Position numbers and translations under genes: made by a program. Under the pieces are notes generated by a model that saw only the letters and a program-made list of their open reading frames with translations, ran no database searches and was not told where the DNA came from. From Selaginella moellendorffii (taxonomy: Eukaryota > Plantae > Lycopodiophyta), in assembly GCF_000143415.4 (NCBI RefSeq), contig NW_003314263.1, positions 2,606,041-2,670,040 of the forward strand: a stretch of DNA of 64,000 nt, given 5' to 3'. Of this stretch, positions 46,843 to 58,964 are shown piece after piece. How positions within the stretch are numbered: the stretch's first letter is position 1; each line of letters opens with the position of its first letter.

Positions 46843-48664
46843 TGTGAGACACAAAATCCCTAGGCCCCAAAGTGGAGCTGGAAGGGCGCCACATGGTAGT
46901 GGCCGAAGCGAGAGCCAAACGAGCGTAACACGTTTGGACCAAAAGCTCCGACTTGAAAAGTCAAGAGCGGGAGTGGAACTCCCAACGAAGTGCTCGAGGA
47001 ACGAGCACGAAGCGAGCAAAAGGCGAGGCTCCAAAAAGGGACCCAAAAGGACCAACACATGACACGTGGGAGTGTCCGAGATGGACTCGACTTGGAGTCC
47101 GAAGTGGAGTCCGAGATGGACTCGAGTTGGAGTCCGAAGTGGAGTCCGAGGTGGACCCGAGATGGACCCGAGTTGGAGTCCGAAGTGGAGTCCGAGATGG
47201 AGTCCGAGATGGAGTCCGAGATGGAGTCCGAGTTGGAGTCCGAGGTGGACCCGAGATGGACCCAAGTTGGAGTCCGAAGTGGAGTCCGAGATGGAGTCCG
47301 AGATGGAGTCCGAGTTGGAGTCCGAGGTGGACCCGAGATGGACCCGAGTTGGAGTCCGAAGTGGAGTCCGAGATGGACCCGAGATGGAGTCCGAGATGGA
47401 GTCCGAGATGGAGTCCGAGGTGGACCCGAGATGGACCCGAAATGGAGTCCGAGATGGAGTCCGAGATGGACCCGAGATGGAGTCCGAGATGGAGTCCGAA
47501 GTCGAGACCGAGACCGGGACCGAGACCGGGACCGAGACCGAGACCGAGACCGAGATCGGGACCGAGACCGAGACCGAGCCCGAGGCCGAGACCGAGCCCG
47601 AGCCCGAGTCCGAGTCCAAATCCGAGTCCGAGTCCGAGTCCGAGTCCGAGTCCGAGTCCGGAGCCTGAGAGGGTGAAAGCCCAAAGCATTCGTCTCCCAG
47701 ACCCTGGGGGGTTTGGTGAGCCCCAAAAGTATAGTAGGGGGAGGACTGCAGTGGAGCCAGTTTGGCCAGGAAAGGCCAGTTTGGCCCAGGAAGGCCAGAC
47801 CCAGTGTTGGGTGATGAACTGACCACTGGGAAGTCCAAGACTAGAGTGAATACGGACCGACAAGCGGGGTAGCTTCGTGAAGTGTTCAAGAGCCGACTCT
47901 AGTTCCCCCGGGAGATCGACTGGCCGATGCTCCCAGTCCAAGTGTGGGTGGCACTACCTACTTGGATACCAAGCGTGGCTCAATGGAACCTCGCTCTAAG
48001 CCCATGGCTAGAGCACCTAAAGGCGATAGGTGGGGAGAGTACCCAGGTGGCTCGCGTAAGGCCACGGTGTTCCGAAATGTTGTCCCAAAGGCCCAGACTA
48101 TGGAAAGGAAGAGGAGCAGTCCTCTGGGGTAGTGACCAAGGACACAGTCATGTGGTGAGGAAGTCCCAGAGGACCGTGGGACTTAGTGGTCGGGCCTGTG
48201 GGCCTCGATCCAGTGGCAGTGTTGGCAAACACGGCCAGGGGCAGAAAGGGACTTGGTAGGAACTGACAAAGGGACTTTGGGGAAGGCAATTCCCCAGGTC
48301 TGTGGGCATCCTAAGGATGCTAAGGAGTGGATCTAGGATGACCCCTCGTGGACACATGGCCCAGTCTTGGAGAGACGAGGTGGTGATGCAAGTGGTGTTG
48401 AACCACTAGTGCAGCAAAGGTGAATGGGCATGGCCTTAGCGTAACGGGCCGAGATGTCAGTGGTACCTTTGGGTGTCGGTCTCAGGACCGGACACGTGGA
48501 GCACTGGGACCAGGTGCAAGTGTGGAGTGGCATGGATGCCATTCTTGGGGCTAGCAAGTCCCAAGTCCTGAATTGGATTGATGGAGGTTGTGAATGAGAC
48601 TCCTCCAAGTGGTCGGAGGTGTGGTTAAGTGACTAAAGTAGAATGGAAAATTTAGTCGCTTACA
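46843..48664 (+). mobile_element. Solo LTR of the element-B family inserted in gag of A
   Basis: TGTGAG...GCTTACA ends, TSD CCACC (46838-42 and 48665-69), homologous to but more diverged from the B LTRs. Confidence 0.93.
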
Positions 48665-49158
48665 CCACCATCTTATAGTCGTTCACTCCCTTGAAGACCG
48701 GTGGGGGCTTTGGTTTGTACTTGGGAACTACCTGAGGGACTGATTCCACTTCGGTCTATTCAACCTTGTCTGGTTTTGCCTCAGTCCCTGCCGAAGGGTC
48801 CGCACCTTCTGCGCTGCCAGCATCCGCAGTCTTTCGCTTTTTCTTCTGCTTCTCGTCACGCTTTAGCTTGCGTATGAGAGTCTCTAGCAGGGCATTGGTC
48901 TGTGCCAATTGTCCTTCTAGAATATCCAATCGAGCCTTGGACGACCGAACCTCACCACCAGACTCCTGTTTGGAAGTTGCCTCACTGGAGTCCTCCTCAT
49001 GCAAGGATTCCTCATCCATAGCCTCCTGTTCGACCGGAGGCTCCAGATCTGGATGAGGTTCCGTCTCTGCCTGGGTTCGCTTACGTCCTGCCCTTGCCAT
49101 CTCCCAGCAATCCGCCTCTATCCTTCGCTAGAACTGAGGAAGAGGCTCCGATACCAAA

Positions 49159-49544
49159 TGTAAGCTCCTAAGTTTGGACTTCCCGGGAGGTCACCCAGCC
49201 CAATACTATTCAAACCCAAGGACGCTTAACCCTAAATATCCCAAGACCCTTAACCAATTGGAAAAGGGGGTGCACTCTTGTTCATGGGCCCTTTCCCTCT
49301 ATATTTGAACCCCTATAGATCGTCTCTCGAGTCGTTCCCTTTGGTTGCTTACAATCCACCATGCTTTCCTGCAAGTTCATGCCCTCGTGAACGGAAGCTG
49401 AGAGCCGCAGCTCTCTCTCGAGGCCCGCTCTCTTGACACCCTACCCCTTGGGTCGAGCCCAGCGGGAGCAAACTAGACCAGCCAGATGTCAATCAACATC
49501 TAGTGTGATTCCTCTTGCCAACCAACAGAGTCGGACCCGAGACT
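49159..49544 (-). mobile_element. Cassandra-like TRIM unit (internal region + PPT + 195-bp LTR bearing a 5S-derived segment) inside element A
   Basis: Mini-LTR 49159-49353 has TGTAAGC...GCTTACA ends. PBS copies flank the unit (49545-56 and 49145-56). 5S-like segment at 49176-49230. Confidence 0.8.
49176..49230 (-). promoter_or_regulatory. 5S rRNA-derived internal control region (A box-IE-C box)
   Basis: GTTAAGCGTCCTTGGGTTTGAATAGTATTGGGCTGGGTGACCTCCCGGGAAGTCC is about 47/55 identical, ungapped, to the plant 5S sequence as recalled. Confidence 0.85.
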
Positions 49545-50733
49545 GCTCCGATACCAAATTGTAAGCCACAAATTTTTCCTTTCCAATTTGCCAGCTTACC
49601 TCGTCTATCTGACCAACTCTGCCTTGGCTTGTGCTAAGTTCCCTCACCAAGGTTCCCGCCTATGGTACCAGCTCCTACCTGGTCCTACTTGGTTTCAACT
49701 ACTTACTGCACGAGCAACAGAGTGTTAGCCATCCATCTACGGATTCCCAAATCTCTCCCAATCCCCCTCCTCGGGTTAGACTGGACTTAAGGTTCGGCTA
49801 CACTCCCCGCAGGCACAAACAGCCAAGCACACCAAGCCTCCAGATTCCTAACACCCCTTGGTACCACAAGACTTGATCATGGGACCCTCTAAATCCCAAG
49901 TCTTGGGTGCAGCATTTGCTTCGGGACGTCGGGGCGAAACACCGTGGCCTAACGGCCCGGTATGGGTACCTCTACCCCCCCACTTCCATCCCAAAGGGAA
50001 GGCCCAAGCCCCTGGGAAGGGCGAGGACCAGTGAGCCACAAGGTACTCAAGTGGGGCACCACTCCACCTGAGCCGGGAGCACCGCAGTCGGTTTCCCTTT
50101 CGGGAGTGGGAGCTGCTCTTGAGCACTTCCCTGGGTGGCCCCTCCGGCACCACTCAGGCCCATGCTCACTCCCACCCAAGGCCCCTCGGCCCCAATCTCA
50201 ACCTCAAGTCAGTTTGGAAGCACCACTGGAGAGTTCCTTCAAGACTGGTTCCTGGACCTCACTATCCCTACTATACTTTTGGAACCCCCTGCAGCCCCCC
50301 CCCCCCCCCCCCCCCTGGGAGACGCACGCTTTGGGCTTTCACCCTTTGACCCGTATTAGTATTTGGACTTAGTCTCTGGCTCGATCTTGGACCCGATTTC
50401 GGATCCGACTTCGGATTCGGTCTCGGACTTGATCTCGGACTCGATCTCGAACCCGATCTTGGACCTGACCTCGGACTCGACCTCGGACTCGGTCTCGGAC
50501 CCGATTTCGGATCTCGGACTCCGTCTCGAACTCGGTCTCGAACTCAGACTCAAACTCGGTCCCCGAGTCAGTCTCGGACTCGATTCCGGACTCTATCTCG
50601 AACTCGGTCCTAGAGTCGGTCTTGGACTCGATCCTCGACTTGGTCCCATCCGATGAACTCTTTGTCATTTTGGTCAAGCTTTTGGGGATCCTTTAGCCTA
50701 CGACATCTCGGGGAGTCAATTCCTTACACAGGC

Positions 50734-51450
50734 TAGGGTTAACACCACACTAGTATATAGCTGCACCACATGGGCCCCTAGCTAGAGCTGGTCCCACCTA
50801 GAAAGGCTTAATTGAACCTTCATTGCCAATGACTTTGAGGAGATTGGACTACTTCCAGTTGAAATCCTAAGAATGGAAGTGCATCATGCAGTTCATACTC
50901 TCCACACAAAGAGACATTTAACCACTATTCTCAGGTAGTTATTGAAGACTCGATCCAGCTTGACTCCAAAAAGAGTTAGGGATGGTGGAAGGATTGCCCA
51001 AAGTGGATGGAATACCTCAGCCTGAACTTCAATGAACTACTAGACCAACCAGTCACTACAATCCCCTTGGCATGGATTAACCTTGCATTTAAAGACTGGT
51101 TGGCAGGCTCAAACAAGAAGTCCTGCTTCCAAGACTACCTCAACAATATCAACCCTACGAGAATCATTGGCACCAACATCTCTATACCACCAAGGACATC
51201 CTTTCAAATTATTAAACAAGCATACACTCACTTCACATCAAACTAGGCTGAAGATAGACACCAGTCACATCTAGAGATGCCCATCTCTGCCCTCTATGTA
51301 AGATAGAAATAAAAACCCTGTCACATATCATATACAATTGCCCTGCTTACATGTGGCTATAACTCTTCTTTCCCACACTAGACTTCCATGCCCATGACCT
51401 CCCAACATTTATGGGGAACAAAACCATGGTAGGAACAATCGCTCTTTGAA
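50734..51450 (+). mobile_element. Decayed LINE 3' part
   Basis: LVYSCTTWG-like segment just after the TSD and a C-terminal zinc knuckle LCPLCKIEIKTLSHIIYNCPAY (~51285-51350). Confidence 0.6.
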
Positions 51451-52559
51451 TGGCAACTTCCTTCTCTTCCTACTTAAAACCCATGCTCTCATAGGTTAAT
51501 GACGACTATAAACACATCTATCTAATATCTAATAGTGAATCTTTCCAATATTTATATATATATTTTTGTGTCTTGTAGGCCATTATAAGCTTAAGCCATG
51601 GAAAATCTATACCCATGCTATAATTGATAGTGGTACCAAAGAAACTAGGAAAATTGTTGAAATAATTTTCTACACATATACAATAACAATCTAGAATTAT
51701 GGGAGGCCATACAAAGTCCAATTTGATTTTGCAAAAGAATTCAATGGTATAGAACCCAATATTAAAAGAATCTGGTGTGAGTGACAAACATTTATTTGAG
51801 GTTGCTCAATCCATAATATGGTTTGTGCTCTTTGAATATTTCCTTGTAAACTTCTCCATTAACTTTTGATATTTAGTATATCAAAAAATTATAGAAGGAA
51901 CTTTATGAGAAAGTTAAATGGTTTTATCTACACCTACTATACTTGATAGAGGAAAATGGATATTTCAACCTGACAAACCCCATATATGTACATTGTTTGC
52001 ATGTTGTATTCATTCATTTGACCACTTGGAAGAGTTTTACTCACAACCTTTATGAGTTTTCATCCTAACTTGGGGTACTTATTGAGACCTCAAAAGTGGC
52101 TTCAAACCTATATTAACTTCATACTTGGTCTTTATGCCTAAGTCCTACTTCAGGCATCCAAAGGTACTACTGATATATCAAATTTTTATATTAAGGCTAT
52201 GTCCATTTTTATTGTTTTATTCATGTTTACAAACCCTCAAACCCATACTAATTTCACACTTGGTCTTAGTATTTATTTCAGGCATCTGAAAGTATTATTG
52301 ATATATCAATCTCTTACATCAAGGTTATATTTATTCTTATTGTCTCATTGGTCTTTATAGATTTATTTTTCTAAGACTAAACCATCAATTCTATGAATGG
52401 TTATCTTATAACCACTTTTTAACATTCTTATAATACCCTAACATAGAGGGGAATATTATTTCCCAAAATCCCTTTTTCAATCTTCATTAAGTCCCTTTTC
52501 AGTCATAGTAATGAGGTTTCTTTATGCCATACAAAGTATCTAAGTAATACCAATTACAC

Positions 52560-52830
52560 ATTCTCTCTTTTATTTTCTTTGGTTTATTACAATTTACCAC
52601 ACTTTCTTATAAGTTTATGTTGAAAGCTTTACTCTCTAGACACCCTACCTTTTAGATTTATCCCAATTAGAGTAACAAAAGTCAAACACCAAATGTAATA
52701 TTGTCCCAAAAGGTCATTTAACTTAGTAAATCTAAGGATGCTCAACCTCAAGTATCCCAAAACCTTTAATGATTGAAAAAAGGGATGCATTCTTATTCAT
52801 TAGCCCTTTTTCTTTATATTTGAATCCTAA
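52560..52830 (-). mobile_element. Highly decayed copy of the 5S-type TRIM
   Basis: ACCAAATGTAA PBS/LTR junction, AGGTCA and GGATGCTCAACC..TATCCCAA..GAAAAAAGGGATGCA similar to 49150-49310. Confidence 0.5.
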
Positions 52831-54029
52831 AAAATTATATGGCTTAGAAATAATTGATGAATTAAAGACTTTGAAAGTTATAGAGGTGTGGGGATAGTCC
52901 AAAATTGAGCTCACAAGTTGCGCTGAACTCAACTCAAGTCAATACAGTCAACTAAAAGTTTTATAAAAGAAGTTTAAGTTGAAAAAAAGAAGGTTTTGAT
53001 GAACTTTAAAATATTGAAATATATAAATATTTTAGTCAAAATGTTTTACTAGATTGAGTCATTTAGAAAAGACAAATTTATAAGAACATATCTTTTCTAA
53101 AGCTGAACTACTTTAATAAGTATTACATTTTTATTTTCTTGCAATTCATTAAAATAAACCTAACTATGAATCAAGAGATACAAGTGGAATCATTTTGATG
53201 ACTAGATATTATTAGTGTATGTTAGTCAAGGTAATATACTTTACATACTATTTCTTCATTCAAAAGATTTTTCTAGGGCTTTTGAGAAAGCCATTGAAAA
53301 GAAGTATAAAATGTATTAAATTCAAATTTAAACCAAACTTACAAGGTTTTTTCTACAAAATTTATTTTTGAAACTATGCTGAATATAATAAAGCTGGTAG
53401 AAGGTTTTAATGTTGAAAAAGTATTGAATAATTACAATTTTTAGTACTTGAGATTTGAGTTCAAAATTACTCCATAAAGATATTTCATGCCAAAATAAGT
53501 TTTAGAATCAATGTTGTAATTCAAGGTTTCAAGGTTTTCCTTTTGATCTACCATAATAAAGAGTTATAAATTTTTTTATATATGAATTATATGCTTTAGA
53601 AAGTTATACTTCTCTTCACATATAAAAATTGGAGACACAATCTTTATCTCTATTTTGTTATAGACTTCAAAAGTTCAATAAAAAGTCCTATATTTTGTGT
53701 AATTATAAAACTTCCCTTTGATTTCATGCTAAATATTTCTCTCACTTTTATATATTCCTCCATATTATTGTCAAGAGTTATGATAACACAATCTTTCACA
53801 AAAAAGAAATCCCCTCCAATTAATGTTGCCTTCTATGTTAGTATTAGTCTTTAAGAATAACTAAATTGGGATGCAAATATAGAAAAAAGAGTTCATATCA
53901 ACAAAATAGTATTCATTTTTATTTAATGTCCAAAAAAATAAACTTTTGAAGAACTAGACAATCAACATCTCTTTAATTATATCCTTGAAGCATTTGCTCT
54001 TGAATGTGAAGTTCCCATAAGGTTATTTA

Positions 54030-54480
54030 TTCAAACTTAAGAATGCATAACCCCAAATATCCCAAGGTCTTTAATTAGAAAAGGGGTGCATTTTTATTCA
54101 AAAACTTTTTCTCTTTATATTTAAACTCTTATAAATCATCTTTTAAATCATTCTTTTCAGTTGTTTATAATCTACCACACTTCCTTACAAGTTCACACCT
54201 TTGTGAATAAAAGCTAAGAATGTCATTCTCTTGATACTTTAGACCTTGGATTAAGCATAGCTAAACCAAATTAGACCATTAAATATCAATCTCAATAGTG
54301 TGATTCTTTTAACTAACTTCAAACTTGGAGACCCCTTTAATACCAAATGTAAGAATTTAAATTTTCTTTAAGGTCACTTTAAGTATCCCAAAACCTTAAT
54401 AAATTAGAAAAGGGAGTGTAGGCCATTTAAACTTATATAGATAATTTTTCAAGTCATTGTCTTTAGCATCATAATGAACT
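54030..54480 (-). mobile_element. Decayed free-standing copy of the 5S-type TRIM (LTR-internal-LTR)
   Basis: Colinear AT-shifted match to 49215-49556 (CCAAATATCCCAAG, ACAAGTTCA, TAGTGTGATT), then ATACCAAATGTAAG and a second LTR remnant. Confidence 0.62.
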
Positions 54481-55998
54481 TCTTTAATAGCTTGCAATCA
54501 TAACTCCTTTCTTCCTCAAGCTTTAACATTGTATTAATAAAAAAGTGTAATAAATATGGCTTTTACTTTTTACCCTATGGTGATTTACTATAGGATAACT
54601 AGTGAAATCTAAACCATACATGAGCTAAAGATAGCGAAGCGAAACCTAAATTTTAGAGCTTTGGGCCATTAAATGAAGGAACAAAGTTAAACTCTCAAAT
54701 TACAGTCAAGGAGTGAAAGAACTATAGCATAAAATTACTCTTGAGTGTACAATTTAAAGAGCATTAGAGTAGAAGTACAGAGTGACATTGAAATAGTCTT
54801 AGAGTATCTAGCATCCCAATAAAAACTAAATAGAGTTTAATGCTATTATAATATACCGGTGGCTTAACAAGGGGATATAAGTACTCCACCAATTAACATA
54901 GTATGGAGCATAGGCTTAAATCCAAGCCAGAAGTAGAATAAAGATAGACACACAAGCTAGGAGTAGTGGTTTCAAATATATAGTAGTGATAGTAGATAGG
55001 TTAGCCATGGCTAACTCACTTGAGAGATAATGTAACTTCCCCCTCCCCCTCACATAGAAGAATGCACACTTTGGACTTTCACCCCAATCCCAATAGTTAG
55101 TCTCTAGATAATCATGAAAACTTATTAAATATAAAAACTTACTAAAAGAGATTAGCTGTGCTCTTGTTACTATTAAGCATATAAATAGTAATCCTCCTAA
55201 TTGTGTTATTGAACAAAATTCAGGTGGTAATACAAATAATTTAGTAGATGAAACTTTAAAATCAGGATTTTACTATTTAAGAAGAATATATATTGATTCA
55301 ATGTTAGAAGCATATTGTGATTTATATAAAATTAGTTCTAGAAAATATGAACTTTATTATTAAGTTTATCAATGGTAGTTTAAAGGATCTTATAATATAA
55401 ATTATTTTCACTTCTTAACTCATCATTCAAAAGACAATTGTAATATATATCCAATGGCTTTATTTTCTGGATCAAAAAGATCATTTATATTCTCAAAATG
55501 GTAAGAATATGATTTTCTTTCATTTAAATTGCAAAGTTGGGAAAAACATAAATTATGGATATCTGATAATAAAGAATATTTTTGTTTTTGCAAATTTATC
55601 ATTAAAAGAAATGGTATTGCTTGCATATATACTGAGACTGATATAAAGTTATGGTCAATTACAAAGTATTGTGACAAATATCCAAATTGTTTAATAATTA
55701 AATGCAAAATGATTGAATTTTGTTATTTATTTTGCAAAAGCACCTAATAATCCTTTATGACTTTTAGGTGAATTTAACAAGCAGGAGACAAGTTCTTCTA
55801 GTTTGTGCCTGTTAATAGCTTTTCTCTCACACTCTCTAAGTGGTCACTTGCTAATGTTAAGTGTTGATAACTAGGTGAACTAATAGAAACTCTAGAACAT
55901 TCATAATCTCCCTCTGTGCAACTTCCATTCCACCAAGAAATAAGCAAAAACATGTTCGAATAATAATAATAATTAAAGTTTATTAAGGAGATTCCAGT

Positions 55999-57468
55999 TT
56001 AGACTTGCCAGTTTATGGGAAGGATATTAGCCGATTCCAGCAGCTCGTTCGTTTTAGAGAAATGCCTACACAGAAAAAGCTTTAAAACCTCATACCACTT
56101 TTGTTTCTTAACCTGCAGCCGAAGAACCCTTTGTGGGCGGAGAGGCCAGATGGATGAGCAGCCTTTAAGACGTGATGCTCGTTTGGGTTGATTAAACTGC
56201 AAACAAAGAAAGAAAGGATGTTCAGCAACATCGAATGCAAAACATGCTGGCGAGAATTTTCCACTCACCGGATTTTCTCTTGTGCGCAGTTTCCCCACAG
56301 CAGAAATACAACTCCGGTCTTTCTTTTCGAAATGGCACGGATGGCTGCGTCAGTGAACGGCTCCCAGCCTTTCTTGGCATGAGAATTTGCCTGCTGCTCG
56401 CGAACTAGTCCAAACGAAATAAGCGAAACGGAAAAGAAAAGAATTCGAGCAAGAGATCTCCTTGCGTACCCGTGAGAACAGTGTTCAGCAGCAAAACTCC
56501 CTGGTATGCCCACTTTTCAAGGTTTCCGTGTAGCGGAACCCGGCAACCAACGTCGCTGTGGATTTCTTTGTACATGTTGAGCAGGCTGGAAGGAATTCTG
56601 ATGCCTTCTGGAACCGAGAATGATAAACCCATGGCCTGGCCTGGACCATGGTAAGGATCCTGGAGAAAAACAAATATTTTTGGACAATGTTGGAGAGGAA
56701 ATCAAATGCATACCTGACCAAGAAGAACAACCTTCACTCGATCGAAAGGGCACGAGTTGAAGGCATTGAACACTTTGGCCGCTGGTGGATAAACGGGAAC
56801 TTTTCCGGCCGCTTGTTGCTTCACAAAAGTCTGGAGATTCTCCATGTATGGCTTCTTGAACTCGTCCTGCAAGACCTCCACCCAGCTCGGTTCCACCAAA
56901 AGCTTCTCCAAGTCGGGGAATTCTCCTTGCGCTGGAGGAAGAACGAAAAACCACGAAAGTCACACACGCGAGAAAAAGAACTAAGAAAACACTTACAAGC
57001 TTGGACGACCTCCTCGCACAATCGCAGCTTTCTCCTGGCCAGAGCCATGGACTTGTTCATGTCCACTCGCATCTTTTGCTCTTTGCTTAGCGTTGAAACT
57101 TCCGTGCGCTCCTCCACTGAAGTTTCCACTCGGATCTTCTCGTCTTTGCTCGGACCTTGTTCTCCTTCGGCATTTTCTTCCACTGAAAGAGCTGTCTTGA
57201 ACGAGTAGGAAGATTGGTGCTTCGGAGCTGGACTCTGATCGTCAAACTTTCGAGCGAGTTCCTCATCGCTGAGACGACGAAACGAGAATCCAGACCCATC
57301 CTCTCCATCCACGGTAGCGGCAGCAGTATGAAAAACCTGTGCTCGGTCCTCCGATCCCACCTTCACCCTCTTGGGAGGCTGGAAAAACTCGGTAACGCTG
57401 CGAGTCCGCCCCATTCCCAGCCTAAGGTAGAAAAGCGAGCGCCCTATCCCGATCGAGAGAGACTGCAT
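55999..57468 (-). CDS. UNG: Uracil-DNA glycosylase (family 1), intact copy, multi-exon
   Basis: [13 protein letters not shown]-terminal motif, GQ|[35 protein letters not shown]|RHFSKTN...INWQV*. Confidence 0.93.
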
Positions 57469-57786
57469 CACAGGAACACAGCTCAAAACCGCGAGAATGC
57501 ACTACTCCGATGCTAGAACTGGGAAGAACATGAATGAGGCAGGCGCACAAGCAGGGGATTCCTAGCAGACCTGGATGGATCGGTTCGTGCTCCCGCGCGC
57601 CCTAGCTAGCTAGGGCCTCTCTTCCCGCCATTGAGAATACGAGCCCTAGGAAATAAATTTAACGTCCAGGCAAGGGGAAAAGGAATGATTAAACCCTACG
57701 TGGCATATACTGCGAAGATTCGTTTCTATATTTTGAACAGCCCGCCATTGCGTTTGCCCTTAACACTTTGTGGGAAGGAATAGCGC

Positions 57787-58964
57787 ATGGCGGCGATGGC
57801 GCTCTTCTCCAAGCTCGGCGGTTTGGCGGCATTAGGGATCGCGCTCCTCATCATCAGCTCTACGATCGTGGCGCTCTTCCAGGTCGGCGACTTGGCGGCG
57901 ATGCCGTGTGGCCTGCCCGTTCTCGGCGTTCTCTGTTCCACAGCGATCTTGCTCTACACCAAGATTAAGATTTCCTGGCGGGAGAGCGTCGGAATCCCCT
58001 TGGAGACCCTGGCGATGGCATATTTCCTCTCCAGCATCACGGACAGGGCTTCTATGGCAGTGCTTGGTACGTATTCTCGAATTCTTCCTTGATGATGCCG
58101 AAATATTGCGTCTTTGATCGATCGATCACATTCTTTCCAGCGGCTTTCTGCAGCTCAATGGCATCCACGATCTTCCTCCTCCATTCTGTCGGTAATACTA
58201 GCTTTTCTTTCTTGCCGGAATGAGGACCTCTTACTTCCTATTACGTGTTTAGTTCCGAATTGGATGATCGACCCGCTCTTTACTGTGATCCAGCATGTCT
58301 CGATCGAGAGAGGTAAATCTAATCTTTCCGATTATTCAACCTTCCATATTCCTTTCCACCTTAGAACTTCCTTGCCCGTTTATCATCACTGGGAAGACCA
58401 TCCTGGTACACATCGCCGAAGGAGCTCAATGCGATCTCATCGACATTCTCGGAGAGCAGCGGCCAGCGATGGTTCTCAAACGGGATGATCGATATCCCAT
58501 TACGAGAGGCTCGACCCCCTCCCACGTCGATCTCTTCCTCTACGTTGCCTCCGATGAGTTGCTGCACAACTATGACGCACTTACACAACAGACTCGGGCG
58601 GCCTACTTAGCTGCAAAGGTTTCCAAGCCTGTGGACGCGTTTGTCGTCGTCGGGAAGAAAAAAGAGGTTGGTCAAATACATTTGTTGCTTGAACTCATCG
58701 CCTTCCATGCGGTTTTCCAGATGATGCGCGATCTTGGTCTTGGTCCTGCTTGCCTTCTCCTCTCTCGCGGAGTAAAGAGGCAGCTCGATAAACTCGGGTA
58801 CGAGTACCGACTGTATTGCTTCAAAGACCGTTCGCCACTGGGCTTCATCGATGGTAAGTACGTGGAGAGTAACTACTTTACCTTCAAATTTTTTTTTGCC
58901 AGCTCCAGCTCCAGGGCCCTACATTCCGCCTCACCGGAACCCAAGGAGGAATCATCGACGCTGA
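57787..58964 (+). CDS. Uncharacterised multi-exon membrane protein, copy 2
   Basis: Near-identical to copy 1. Predicted last exon reads APAPGPYIPPHRNPRRNHRR*. Confidence 0.55.

Larger units (their letters stand above)
42502..49100 (-). pseudogene. gag-pol polyprotein of element A (Gag, CCHC, AP, RT, RNase H, integrase, chromodomain), disrupted
   Basis: [34 protein letters not shown], integrase HHCC/MDFI..SDRD, chromodomain EYEVEAIL..VKWKGF..ATWEP. In-frame TAG stops at 48756, 44010 and 43094, a solo-LTR insertion and two introns. Confidence 0.93.
33384..50728 (-). mobile_element. Ty3/Gypsy chromovirus (element A) with nested insertions
   Basis: TSD CAGGC (33379-83 and 50729-33). 5' LTR 49560-50728. 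3' LTR is split (33384-34062 + 41642-42098). PBS TGGTATCGGAGC at 49545-49556 and gag-PR-RT-RH-INT-chromodomain order. Confidence 0.96.

Noticed and set aside
49176-49230. Genuine 5S rRNA gene
   Set aside because: Only ~55 of ~120 nt are present, with no 5' domain or oligo-T terminator, and the segment is embedded in an LTR.
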